From Leptolyngbyaceae cyanobacterium (lineage in GTDB: Bacteria; Cyanobacteriota; Cyanobacteriia; Phormidesmidales; Phormidesmidaceae): a stretch of 64,000 bases of DNA. The notes beneath the pieces are model-generated. The model did no database searches, was not told where the DNA came from, and worked only from the letters and a program-made list of their open reading frames with translations. The position numbers and the translations under genes are program-made. Of the stretch, positions 10,190 to 20,089 are shown piece by piece. The stretch covers positions 1,184,001 through 1,248,000 of the forward strand of contig CBDHHL010000056.1 of NCBI GenBank assembly GCA_965263355.1. The letters are read 5' to 3'. Every line of letters starts with the position of its first letter. Within the stretch, counting starts at the first letter, position 1.

Positions 10190-12613
10190 ATGCCAATTGC
10201 CCTATCCCCCGTTTTTGACTGGTTTCGACGCCAGCAATGGCAGCCCTTACCCTTTCAAAAGCAAACCTGGGATGCCCATTTAACGGGCAACAGTGGTCTT
10301 ATTCAAGTGCCCACCGGGTCAGGTAAAACCTATGCCGCCGTCATGGGTCCCATCGCCGATATGCTGGCAAACCCTGGTAAAGGCCTGCAATTGCTTTATA
10401 TCACGCCCCTGCGAGCGTTATCTCGGGATATTGAAAAATCAATTCAGCAGCCTATTACAGATATGGGTTGGCCCCTTCAGGTCGAATCTCGCACAGGGGA
10501 TACCAAAGCCTCTCTAAAGGCCCGCCAAAAAAAGACGCTACCTGAAATTTTAATTACTACGCCTGAGTCCTTGTCAGTGTTGCTGTCCTATAAAGGGGCG
10601 CGTCAGCGTTTTGGCAACCTGCGCACGGTTATTCTAGATGAATGGCATGAACTGATGAGTTCGAAGCGGGGTACCCAAACGGAACTGTGTTTGGCCCAGC
10701 TGCGATTAATCAAACCAGATCTTAAGACCTGGGCGATTTCCGCTACCCTTGGCAATTTAGCAGAAGCGGCCCAAGCTGCGGTGGGGCTGGGGATGGAACC
10801 GGTCATCATTCAATCTAATATTAAACGCGAGACCAAAATCCAAAGTATTTTGCCGGAGTCGGTGGATAGTTTTCCCTGGGCAGGACACCTGGGACTGCAC
10901 TTGTTTCAGGAGCTAGTGGATAGCCTGGACCCAGAAAAGTCGACACTGATTTTTACCAATACGCGATCGCAAGCCGAACGTTGGTTTCAAGCCCTCAACT
11001 TTGCCGAACCGGACTGTCCCATGGCATTGCACCACGGGTCCATCAATATGGACGAACGGCAGGCCATCGAAGCTGGTATCAAAAGTGGTGCCCTCAAGTG
11101 GGTGATCTGCACATCATCCCTGGACCTGGGTGTGGACTTTCATCCAGTAGAGCGCATTGTCCAAATCGGCAGTGCCAAAAATCTAGCTCGATTGCTACAG
11201 CGAGCCGGACGATCTGCCCATCAGCCCGGCGGCACCTCAGAGGTCTTCTTTCTACCCACCAATGCCCTGGAGTTACTGGAAATAGCAGCGTTTCGTCAAG
11301 GTCTGGCCCAGGGAGATATCGAATCTCGCCATGCCCTGCGGTTACCGTATGACGTCCTCAGTCAGCATCTGGTCACCTTGGCCTGTGGCGATGGCTTTGC
11401 GCCTGCCCCTACCCTGGCCTCTATTCGTCAAACCATTGCATTTCAAGATATTAGCGATGCCGCCTTTGAGTGGATGCTGGACTTTCTCGAAAAAGGCGGA
11501 CGTTGCCTCAACGCCTATCCCCGCTATCAAAAGCTAGTGTTTGATGCAGGGTACTACAAAGTTTCTAACGCCCAAATCTCTCGTATGCACCGCCTCAGCA
11601 TTGGCACCATTACCGGTAATCAGCAGGTACAAGTGGTTTATACCAACCGCCGCAAACTGGGCACCGTTGACGAGGGGTTTGTCTCACGGTTAAAAAAAGG
11701 TGATGTCTTTTTCTTCGCCGGTCGTCAGCTAGAATTTTTCCAGCTAAAAGACATGGTGTTATATGTCAAAAACACCCGTAAAAAGTCCACAACTGTTCCC
11801 GTATGGACCGGTGGCAATCTGGCAATTTCCGATTGTTTAAGCCATCATTTACGACAGCAAATTACCCAGATTAAATCAGACGAGAGTATTAGTCCCGAAG
11901 TGGCATGTATTATGCCGATTCTGGCAGCACAGGACCATATCTCTTATTTACCAGCAGACCAAGAACTGTTAGTCGAAACCTGGAAAAGCCGTGAAGGACA
12001 ACATCTCTATGTCTTTCCATTTGAAGGACGTTTTGTCCATGAGGGGTTAGGTTTTCTATGGACCTACCGCTTTGCCCAGTTTCAAAAAGCGACATTCACC
12101 GTTTCTGTTAATGACTATGGGTTTGAAATTCTTGCCCCAAAAGGCTATTCTTTTGAATCAATTTTTCAAAACCACTCTTCTCATTTCTTTAATCTAGACA
12201 ATATTGTCAAAGATATCCGTGCTAGCTTAAATATTTCAGAATTGACTCAGCGACGATTTCGCAGCATTGCCCAGGTTGCTAATCTGGTCTTTCAAGGCTA
12301 TCCGTCCTCCCGCAAAACTGGTAGTCAACTCCAGGTCAGCGCTTCGTTGATCTATGAGGTATTTTCTAAATATGAAGCTGACAACCTGCTGCTACTGCAA
12401 GCAGAACAAGAAGTCTTAGAACAACAGTTAGAGCTAGAGCGTCTAGAATTTGCTCTGGGCCGTTTGCAAAATTTCAATGTGATTTGGCAAACTACAAAAC
12501 GCCCTTCACCTTTAGCATTTCCTTTATTGGTAGAGCGTCTCAGTGCACGACTATCCAATGAGAGTCTGCTGGAACGCATAGAGCGCTTAAAGCAACAGCT
12601 GATTAATAAGTAA
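10190..12613 (+). CDS. Ligase-associated DNA damage response DEXH-box (Lhr-type) helicase
   Basis: PTGSGKT, ITPLRAL, LDEWHE, SAT, TSSLDLGVD, QRAGRS, PSPLAFPLLVER. Confidence 0.93.
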   Translation: MPIALSPVFDWFRRQQWQPLPFQKQTWDAHLTGNSGLIQVPTGSGKTYAAVMGPIADMLANPGKGLQLLYITPLRALSRDIEKSIQQPITDMGWPLQVESRTGDTKASLKARQKKTLPEILITTPESLSVLLSYKGARQRFGNLRTVILDEWHELMSSKRGTQTELCLAQLRLIKPDLKTWAISATLGNLAEAAQAAVGLGMEPVIIQSNIKRETKIQSILPESVDSFPWAGHLGLHLFQELVDSLDPEKSTLIFTNTRSQAERWFQALNFAEPDCPMALHHGSINMDERQAIEAGIKSGALKWVICTSSLDLGVDFHPVERIVQIGSAKNLARLLQRAGRSAHQPGGTSEVFFLPTNALELLEIAAFRQGLAQGDIESRHALRLPYDVLSQHLVTLACGDGFAPAPTLASIRQTIAFQDISDAAFEWMLDFLEKGGRCLNAYPRYQKLVFDAGYYKVSNAQISRMHRLSIGTITGNQQVQVVYTNRRKLGTVDEGFVSRLKKGDVFFFAGRQLEFFQLKDMVLYVKNTRKKSTTVPVWTGGNLAISDCLSHHLRQQITQIKSDESISPEVACIMPILAAQDHISYLPADQELLVETWKSREGQHLYVFPFEGRFVHEGLGFLWTYRFAQFQKATFTVSVNDYGFEILAPKGYSFESIFQNHSSHFFNLDNIVKDIRASLNISELTQRRFRSIAQVANLVFQGYPSSRKTGSQLQVSASLIYEVFSKYEADNLLLLQAEQEVLEQQLELERLEFALGRLQNFNVIWQTTKRPSPLAFPLLVERLSARLSNESLLERIERLKQQLINK

Positions 12614-13293
12614 TACCAAATTCGCAGGAAATTCACACGGGACAACCAACATTTGGCATGATTACCAACAGGAATGAGTTTTTATTTTTGCAGACAATGC
12701 AACAAGAGTATGGTAATTCGCGGTTGTTTTCGTTTGAGCCCACATTATTTCATATATGCATACCTCGATTGCAGGGCCACCATACGGGATCGCTCCCTGG
12801 GGACTAATGCATTCTAATCGGAGGAATCATTCAGATTGGCACTACTCACTACCCTTGGAGCAGCTCAGGGCAAGCTCACTACGCACCGTCTTTCCCAAAC
12901 TCTTGAATTTGAAGAAATACCAGAAATAAACTTGGAAATGATGGCAGCAAATACAGATGTTGATGGATAGTATGTCAATGGGAATAAATAACATCAGCAG
13001 CTTTGAGTGCAGAGCGCGTCCCCGATTGATGGTGTTCGTTCTGCGGTGATTTTATTAGATGGCTGTCAGAATCTGAATCGCTATCGCAGTTTTCGCCCTA
13101 TGGTGCTGGTTAACTAAACCTAAATGTCCCCATTCGCTGCACCAGCAGCTCTATTTTAGTGTCCCAATTATTTCTTATTAGCTAAGTAAAATCTATGGAA
13201 ACTAAAATTGATACGTTTCCGTCTTTGCGTATAACTTCTTGGTGACTTATTAAGAAATAAAACCCATGCAAAAAAGCCATTCTCAGAGGTGCA

Positions 13294-14355
13294 ATGGATC
13301 CTAATTTTTGGAGAGGAAAACGCGTATTATTGACAGGGCATACCGGATTCAAGGGAAGCTGGTTGTCTCTTTGGCTTCAACTGGTCGGTACTGAACTCGT
13401 AGGATACGCACTGCAACCGCCAACAAACCCGAGTTTATTCGAGATCGCTCAGGTAGCCAATGGCATGACGTCTATCATTGGGGATGTTTGTAACGGCAAA
13501 ACACTGCATCAGGTTGTTGCTGACTTCCGCCCAGAAATTGTGATTCACATGGCAGCTCAATCGGTTGTGCATACATCCTATACAGATCCTGTATCGACTT
13601 ACGAGACCAATGTCATGGGTACCGTTCATCTACTAGAGGCCGTTCGACAAGTGGGAGGTGTGCAAGCCTTAGTGAATATAACCTCAGACAAATGCTACGA
13701 AAATAAAGAATGGGTATGGGGATATCGTGAGGTTGATCCGTTAGGTGGCTATGATCCCTACAGCAATAGCAAAGCTTGCGCTGAGCTGGTGACAGAATCA
13801 TACCGAAATTCCTTCTTTCATGCGAGTGATTACTCAGAGCATGGAGTTGCGATCGCGACAGCCCGTGCAGGAAATGTTATTGCTGGTGGCGATTGGACCC
13901 AAAACGGTCTGGTTGCTGATATTGTTCAAGCCTTATTAGAACAGCGTCCCGTCCTAATTCGTAACCCTTATGCTACTCGTCCTTGGCAACATGTGTTAGA
14001 TGCCCTAAATGGCTACTTAACATTAGCAGAAAATCTTTATAACAAAGGTCCTGCCTTTGCTGATGCCTGGAACTTTGGTCCCTATGGGTCGGATGTTAAA
14101 CCAGTTGGTTGGTTAGTCGATCAACTCTTATCTCTCTGGGGTAACGGTGCTACCTGGGAACAGGACCAAGCCTATCATCCCCATGAAGCAAATTCCCTCA
14201 GCCTAGATTGTGCTAAAGCACGACTTAAGTTAGGTTGGAGTCCCAAGATTTCCCTAGACCAGGGGTTAGAACAAATCATCACATGGACTAAGGCCTATCA
14301 ATCTGGAGCCGATATGCGAAAAGTCACCGAAACGGCAATTTCTCAGTTGATTTAA
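13294..14355 (+). CDS. rfbG: CDP-glucose 4,6-dehydratase
   Basis: FWRGKRVLLTGHTGFKGSWL, TSDKCY, DPYSNSK, RPWQHV. Confidence 0.95.
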   Translation: MDPNFWRGKRVLLTGHTGFKGSWLSLWLQLVGTELVGYALQPPTNPSLFEIAQVANGMTSIIGDVCNGKTLHQVVADFRPEIVIHMAAQSVVHTSYTDPVSTYETNVMGTVHLLEAVRQVGGVQALVNITSDKCYENKEWVWGYREVDPLGGYDPYSNSKACAELVTESYRNSFFHASDYSEHGVAIATARAGNVIAGGDWTQNGLVADIVQALLEQRPVLIRNPYATRPWQHVLDALNGYLTLAENLYNKGPAFADAWNFGPYGSDVKPVGWLVDQLLSLWGNGATWEQDQAYHPHEANSLSLDCAKARLKLGWSPKISLDQGLEQIITWTKAYQSGADMRKVTETAISQLI

Positions 14356-14426
14356 GTCCACCATTACCAGTATTTCAGATTTTCATCCTCGACATCACTT
14401 TATCCTTATTACCTTACAAGTAGACC

Positions 14427-15707
14427 ATGACTCAACAAGCTGAAATGACAAGACCTCTGGAAAATTCTCTTAAGAAGACCCCAAAGTGTCTCTTTTGTGG
14501 AACCCCTTTAGAACATACCCTGGTCGATTTGGGCATGTCACCGTTGTGTGAAAGCATCTTAAGTGTTGAGCAGGTTAACAAAATGGAGGCATTCTACCCT
14601 CTACATGTTCGTGTGTGCAGCAATTGTTTTCTCGCCCAGTTGGAGGCATATGTTAGCGCAGAAGATATTTTTACTGAATATGCCTACTTTTCATCCTACA
14701 GTGATACCTGGTTAGCCCAATGTAAAGCCTATGCCGATCAGGTCGTGGAACGGTTTAATCTCAATGAAGAAAGCCATGTTGTTGAACTAGCGAGTAACGA
14801 CGGTTACCTGTTGCAGTACTTTGTAGAAAAGAAAATTCCAGTCCTAGGCATTGAGCCTGCCACTAACATCGCTAAGGTTGCAGTGGAAAAAGGTATTCCC
14901 ACCCTCAATGAGTTTTTTGGCCAGGACTGTGCCCAAAAATTAGTGCAGCAGGGTAAGCAAGGTGATCTAATTGCCGCGAACAATGTATTGGCCCATGTAC
15001 CGAATTTGAATGATTTTGTTGCTGGCATCAAAATCTTACTCAAACCCCAGGGTGTGTTTACAGGGGAAATTCAACATTTGATGCGGTTAATGGAGTTCAA
15101 TCAATTTGACACCATTTATCACGAGCATTTCTTCTATCACACCCTCACCACGCTAGAAGAAATCTTTGCTGCCCATGGCATGACAATCTTTGATGTGGAA
15201 GAGCTGCCCACCCATGGTGGATCATTGCGTATTTATGCACGACATGCAGATGATTTATCCAAACCAGTGGGAGAGCGCGTCATTGACCTCAGGCAACGGG
15301 AAGAAAAAGCAGGGCTCAGGACGTTGGAATGCTATGCACATTTTGATGAACAAGTACGAGAAACTAAGCGTAAATTGCTAGATTTCTTAATTCAAACAAA
15401 GCGAGAGGGAAAAACGGTTGTTGGGTATGGCGCACCTGGTAAAGGAAACACGCTACTAAATTATTGCGGCATCCGCACAGATTTTCTGGACTATACAGTT
15501 GATAGAAATCCTTATAAGCATGGAAAATTCCTACCAGGAACCCATATTCCCGTTTTCGCGCCAGATAAAATCAAGGAAACAAAACCTGATTATGTGCTGA
15601 TTTTACCTTGGAATGTTAAGGATGAAATCATGGAGCAAATGAGTATGATTCGCGAATGGGGTGGAAAATTTGTTGTGCCCATTCCTGAAGTAAAAATCTA
15701 CCCTTAG
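14427..15707 (+). CDS. NDP-hexose C-methyltransferase (Zn-binding, SAM-dependent)
   Basis: CLFC...CSNC, ELASNDGYLL, FDTIYHEH, THGGSLR, GYGAPGKGNTLLNY. Confidence 0.92.
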   Translation: MTQQAEMTRPLENSLKKTPKCLFCGTPLEHTLVDLGMSPLCESILSVEQVNKMEAFYPLHVRVCSNCFLAQLEAYVSAEDIFTEYAYFSSYSDTWLAQCKAYADQVVERFNLNEESHVVELASNDGYLLQYFVEKKIPVLGIEPATNIAKVAVEKGIPTLNEFFGQDCAQKLVQQGKQGDLIAANNVLAHVPNLNDFVAGIKILLKPQGVFTGEIQHLMRLMEFNQFDTIYHEHFFYHTLTTLEEIFAAHGMTIFDVEELPTHGGSLRIYARHADDLSKPVGERVIDLRQREEKAGLRTLECYAHFDEQVRETKRKLLDFLIQTKREGKTVVGYGAPGKGNTLLNYCGIRTDFLDYTVDRNPYKHGKFLPGTHIPVFAPDKIKETKPDYVLILPWNVKDEIMEQMSMIREWGGKFVVPIPEVKIYP

Positions 15708-15720
15708 CAATAAAAAATTT

Positions 15721-15884
15721 ATGCCTATCCAGTTAAAAACTGCATACATCATAGAGTTGGAACGCTTAGGGGACCAGTGTGGATTCTTTGTAAGAACTTG
15801 GCGTAAGCAACAGTTTTCAATAAATGGATTGAGCCCAACCTGATTCAATTCAGTATTTCCTTCAATATCAAAAAGGGAACTTTC
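15721..15884 (+). pseudogene. rfbC: Truncated, frameshifted dTDP-4-dehydrorhamnose 3,5-epimerase remnant
   Basis: MPIQLKTAYIIELERLGDQCGFFVRTWRKQQFSINGLSP, then shifted frame NLIQFSISFNIKKGT; matches the RmlC N-terminus, remainder missing. Confidence 0.8.
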
Positions 15885-15926
15885 AACCTTCGATAGCTCA
15901 CACTCAAAGTATGCCAGGACCATGAA

Positions 15927-17261
15927 ATGAATATAAGTCTGGATCTTGATGCGAAATCACTTGATATGAATTGCCTAGGATCAGAGATGTACAACCTGAT
16001 CGTTGATCTCTATCCAATTTGCCGTAGCATCACTGGCAATGGCGTACGAAAATCATTACAGATTGTTCAGCAGCATATTCCATTAGAGATGCATGAAGTC
16101 CCCACGGGGACGCCCGTTTTTGACTGGACTGTCCCTAAAGAATGGAATATCCGCGACGCTTACGTTAAGGATGAAACAGGCAAAAAGGTTATTGATTTTC
16201 AAGAATCAAATTTGCATGTAGTCAACTATAGCTTGCCAATTCACAAAAAGATGCCTCTTTCTCAGTTAAAAGATCATCTTTTCTCAATACCCGATCGACC
16301 AGATTGGATTCCTCATCGGACATCTTACTATAAAGAAACCTGGGGTTTTTGCCTGCCAGATCGAACCCTACAATCTCTGACCGATGGTGAATATGAAGTC
16401 TATATTGACTCTTCATTAGAAGAAGGTGCTCTCACCTACGGCGAGTTTGCTATACCAGGGCAAATAACAGATGAAGTCTTATTATTTTGCCATACTTGTC
16501 ACCCATCACTCTGTAACGATAACCTTTCGGGAATAGCCCTAGTCACCTTTCTGGCAAAGTATCTTAGCCAACAGTCTCTGCGTTACTCATATCGTTTCGT
16601 TTTTGCACCAGCGACCATTGGCGCAATTACCTGGTTGAGTCGCAATGAACATCGGGTGCCATTGATTAAGCATGGTTTGATCGTGGCTAATGTCGGAGAT
16701 TCAGGTCATTTAACCTATAAAAAAAGTCGTCGTGGAAATGCAGAAATTGACAGGGTCATCTCCTATATTCTAAAAGATTCATCCCAGGAATATAAAATCA
16801 TTGATTTCTCTCCATATGGGTATGACGAACGCCAATTTTGCTCACCTGGATTCAATTTACCCGTGGGCAGCTTGACGAGAAGCCAATTTGGCACCTTTCC
16901 CGAATACCACACCTCTGCTGACAATTTAGACTTTGTGCAAACGTCTGCTTTAGTCAACTCATTCGAAACATACCTGAATGTAATTGATATTTTAGAAAAC
17001 AACCACACCTACTTAAATACTAATCCTAAATGTGAGCCCCAACTGGGTAAGCGCGGCCTTTATAGTACGTTTGGAGGTAAACAAGCAACGCCTGATGATC
17101 GCATGGCACTCTTGTGGGTATTAAATCTGTCCGATGGGGAACACACATTGTTCGATATTGCTGAGCGTTCTAAATTGAATTTCTCAGTGATCAAGAATGC
17201 AGCATCCATTCTGGCAGATAGTGGCTTGCTAACGGTTTGTTCAAATACAGCTGAACACTAA
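15927..17261 (+). CDS. DUF4910-type aminopeptidase-like polysaccharide biosynthesis protein
   Basis: LYPICRSITGNGVR, DWTVPKEW, CHPSLCNDNLSG, GYDERQF, EYHTSADN. Confidence 0.9.
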   Translation: MNISLDLDAKSLDMNCLGSEMYNLIVDLYPICRSITGNGVRKSLQIVQQHIPLEMHEVPTGTPVFDWTVPKEWNIRDAYVKDETGKKVIDFQESNLHVVNYSLPIHKKMPLSQLKDHLFSIPDRPDWIPHRTSYYKETWGFCLPDRTLQSLTDGEYEVYIDSSLEEGALTYGEFAIPGQITDEVLLFCHTCHPSLCNDNLSGIALVTFLAKYLSQQSLRYSYRFVFAPATIGAITWLSRNEHRVPLIKHGLIVANVGDSGHLTYKKSRRGNAEIDRVISYILKDSSQEYKIIDFSPYGYDERQFCSPGFNLPVGSLTRSQFGTFPEYHTSADNLDFVQTSALVNSFETYLNVIDILENNHTYLNTNPKCEPQLGKRGLYSTFGGKQATPDDRMALLWVLNLSDGEHTLFDIAERSKLNFSVIKNAASILADSGLLTVCSNTAEH

Positions 17262-17369
17262 TCTCGCGCAAAGTCCAGGTGAAACCTAATTTTCTAATAT
17301 CAATTCAGGGGTCCCTTAGTTATTTAGCTAAACGAAAACATTAAACGTAAAAAAATCAAGGAAATCAAA

Positions 17370-18242
17370 ATGAAAGTCGTTCTATTTTGTGGTGGATTAG
17401 GAACTCGATTAAGAGAATATTCTGAAACTATTCCCAAGCCAATGGTGGAAATTGGCTATCGCCCAATTATTTGGCATCTGATGCGATATTACGCTCACTT
17501 TGGCCATAAAGAATTTATCTTGTGTCTTGGGTATAAAGGAGACTATATCAAAAATTACTTTCTCAACTATGACGAGTGTTTATCAAATAACTTTACCCTC
17601 ACCAATGGTGGCAAGGGGATTGAACTGCATACCACTGATATAGAAGACTGGAAAATCACGTTTGTTGATACCGGCCTAAATATGAATATCGGAGAACGAC
17701 TTGTCGCCGTTCAGCCTTATTTGGAAGGGGAGGATACCTTTCTCGCAAATTATGCAGATGGGCTCAGCAATCTTGATCTAAATTTGTATCTTGAGTATTT
17801 CCACCAACAAGACAAGATTGCTAGCTTTTTGGCGGTGCAACCCTCACAGTCATTCCATGTTGTTTCCTTGGACAAAGAGGATGGACTGGTGGAAAATATC
17901 CAGTCTGTAAGACATTCAGATTTATGGATCAACGGGGGCTACTTTGTTCTTAAAAAAGAAATTTTTGACTATATTTCTCCTGGTGAAGAGCTAGTGCTTG
18001 AGCCATTTCAGCGATTGATTCAGCAGAGACAACTGGTTGCTTACAGAAATCCTGGCTTTTGGGCATGTATGGATACCCTGAAGGAAAAGATGCTGTTTGA
18101 CGATATGTATGCAAAGGGAAACACTCCATGGGCTGTATGGGAATCCCTTCTAGAAACGTCAAAAAGTGGTAAAAATCTTGATATAAACAATTCTCTGAGT
18201 CTTGAGAAACCTCATAATAATCTAACATCATCGGCGATCTGA
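17370..18242 (+). CDS. rfbF: Glucose-1-phosphate cytidylyltransferase
   Basis: MKVVLFCGGLGTRL, PKPM, WINGGYF, FWACMDT. Confidence 0.92.
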   Translation: MKVVLFCGGLGTRLREYSETIPKPMVEIGYRPIIWHLMRYYAHFGHKEFILCLGYKGDYIKNYFLNYDECLSNNFTLTNGGKGIELHTTDIEDWKITFVDTGLNMNIGERLVAVQPYLEGEDTFLANYADGLSNLDLNLYLEYFHQQDKIASFLAVQPSQSFHVVSLDKEDGLVENIQSVRHSDLWINGGYFVLKKEIFDYISPGEELVLEPFQRLIQQRQLVAYRNPGFWACMDTLKEKMLFDDMYAKGNTPWAVWESLLETSKSGKNLDINNSLSLEKPHNNLTSSAI

Positions 18243-18252
18243 TAGAAATGAC

Positions 18253-18279
18253 GAGAGGATTCCCTAAAAGAATCCTCTC
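18253..18279 (+). terminator. Hairpin after rfbF (terminator or stabiliser)
   Basis: GAGAGGATTC-7nt-GAATCCTCTC perfect stem; no clear U tract. Confidence 0.5.
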
Positions 18280-18323
18280 ACAGACGATTGACTAAATCTA
18301 CACCGTTGCTGTAAAAACCTGTT

Positions 18324-18983
18324 ATGTTGAAGCTACTCTGTAATCATCAGGATCAAAATTCATTCCACCGCATTCTGTGTCTAGGAGCCCATAGCGACGA
18401 TATTGAAATTGGGTGTGGGGGAACAATCTTAAAATTACTTGAACAGTTTCAAAATATTGATGTTTACTGGGTTGTTTTTTCTGCCATTGGGGATAGGCGA
18501 GAGGAGGCCTTAGCCAGTGCGAATACTTTCCTAAAGTCAGCAAACCAGACGAATATTATAATTAAGGAATTTAGGGAACGGTTTTTCCCATATATTGGCA
18601 TAGAGATAAAAGAGTTTTTTGATCAGCTAAGTAAAGAAGTCTCGCCTGATCTCGTCTTAACCCATTATCGCAATGATCTACATCAAGATCATCGATTGAT
18701 TGCTGAATTAACCTTGAATGCATTTCGCAATCATATGATTTTAGAGTATGAAATCCCTAAGTATGACGGGGATTTAGGCACTCCTAATTTCTTTGTTCAT
18801 CTCGACAAGGAGATTTATCAGCGAAAAGTTTCCTACCTAATGCAACATTTTCAAACCCAGTCTAATAAACAATGGTTTGACGAAGAAACCTTTTCATCAA
18901 TTCTAAGACTGCGAGGCATTGAATCAAATGCACCAGATAAGTATGCAGAAGCTTTTTATTGTCGAAAAGCGCTCTTGATTTAA
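18324..18983 (+). CDS. PIG-L family deacetylase
   Basis: GAHSDDIEIG and HQDH motifs. Confidence 0.92.
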   Translation: MLKLLCNHQDQNSFHRILCLGAHSDDIEIGCGGTILKLLEQFQNIDVYWVVFSAIGDRREEALASANTFLKSANQTNIIIKEFRERFFPYIGIEIKEFFDQLSKEVSPDLVLTHYRNDLHQDHRLIAELTLNAFRNHMILEYEIPKYDGDLGTPNFFVHLDKEIYQRKVSYLMQHFQTQSNKQWFDEETFSSILRLRGIESNAPDKYAEAFYCRKALLI

Positions 18984-18987
18984 TCCC

Positions 18988-20022
18988 CTAATCCCAAATG
19001 TTTTCTAGCGTATAGGGGCCTCCTGGGACCTGCCAAAAAGCACCATCTACATAACGACGGTTCAAGTCAAGGCCAGCAATAGTTTGCATGTCCTCTGGTG
19101 TCAAAACAACATTAGCCGACGCTAAGTTTTGGCGAATACGTCCGGGATTGTAGGACTTGGGAATAACCACAGTCCCCCGTTGCATAGCCCAGCTCAGGAG
19201 CACCTGGGCAGCCGTTATCCCATGACGCTTGGCGATGGATGCAATGGTGGGTTCTTCCAGTAAGACCGGCTCATTGTCTGCCTTGAGACTATCAGGGCGA
19301 CCCGAAGATCCTAGAGGTGAATAGGCCGTCAGATAAATATTGTTAGCATTACAAAAATCTAACATTGATGGCTGCTGCAGATAGGGATGTAGCTCAATCT
19401 GATTTAGTTCTGGCTGAATCCGAGCGTTATCCAGCAGATTTTGTAATTTGGTGACAGTAAAATTGGACACCCCTATATGACGGCACAGTCCTTTATCCAC
19501 GAGGGATTCCATTGCATGCCAGGTGGTCAAAACAGGTAAGTCATTGAGGGAGATCAGCGTCTCTGTTGTTACGGGGAAGGTACTTCCCTTTTTGATAGCA
19601 ACAGGCCAATGCATAAGATATAAGTCTAGATAGTCGAGCTGCAAATTGGCGAGGGTTTCCTCTAACGCAGGCTGTACATCTTCTGGTGCATGGGCATCAC
19701 TCCACAGCTTGGAGGTAATCCACATCTGCTCTCGGGTGACAATACCCGCCTTAAAAGAATCAGCCAGGGCCCGGCCAATTTTCACTTCGTTGCCATAGAT
19801 ATGGGCACAGTCAATGTGGCGATAGCCCGCTGCGATCGCATCCTTCACAGCACTATACACATCGCCAGGGGCATATTTCCATGGGCCCAGTCCCAACATG
19901 CGATAGCCCGCTCCAATCGCCCGCTTAACCGTATTAGACGTGGTCCGAGGCGCAGATATCCACGTTCCTAAGCCCAACATGGGCATTTGATCGCCGTTGC
20001 TAAACGTAACTGTCCTGACCAT
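18988..20022 (-). CDS. Aldo/keto reductase
   Basis: GYRHIDCAHIYGNE, YLDLYLMHWP, IGVSNF, QIELHP, VIPKS. Confidence 0.93.
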   Translation of the reverse strand: MVRTVTFSNGDQMPMLGLGTWISAPRTTSNTVKRAIGAGYRMLGLGPWKYAPGDVYSAVKDAIAAGYRHIDCAHIYGNEVKIGRALADSFKAGIVTREQMWITSKLWSDAHAPEDVQPALEETLANLQLDYLDLYLMHWPVAIKKGSTFPVTTETLISLNDLPVLTTWHAMESLVDKGLCRHIGVSNFTVTKLQNLLDNARIQPELNQIELHPYLQQPSMLDFCNANNIYLTAYSPLGSSGRPDSLKADNEPVLLEEPTIASIAKRHGITAAQVLLSWAMQRGTVVIPKSYNPGRIRQNLASANVVLTPEDMQTIAGLDLNRRYVDGAFWQVPGGPYTLENIWD

Positions 20023-20089
20023 CTATCGACCTCTACACACCGATTCAAAATTTCTTAGCCGCGAGAAACTTGGCTGATTTACAACCGTC

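Noticed and set aside
12614..13293. 680-bp intergenic region as ncRNA or pseudogene
   Set aside because: No recognisable structure or homology by eye; needs an Rfam/BLASTX search.
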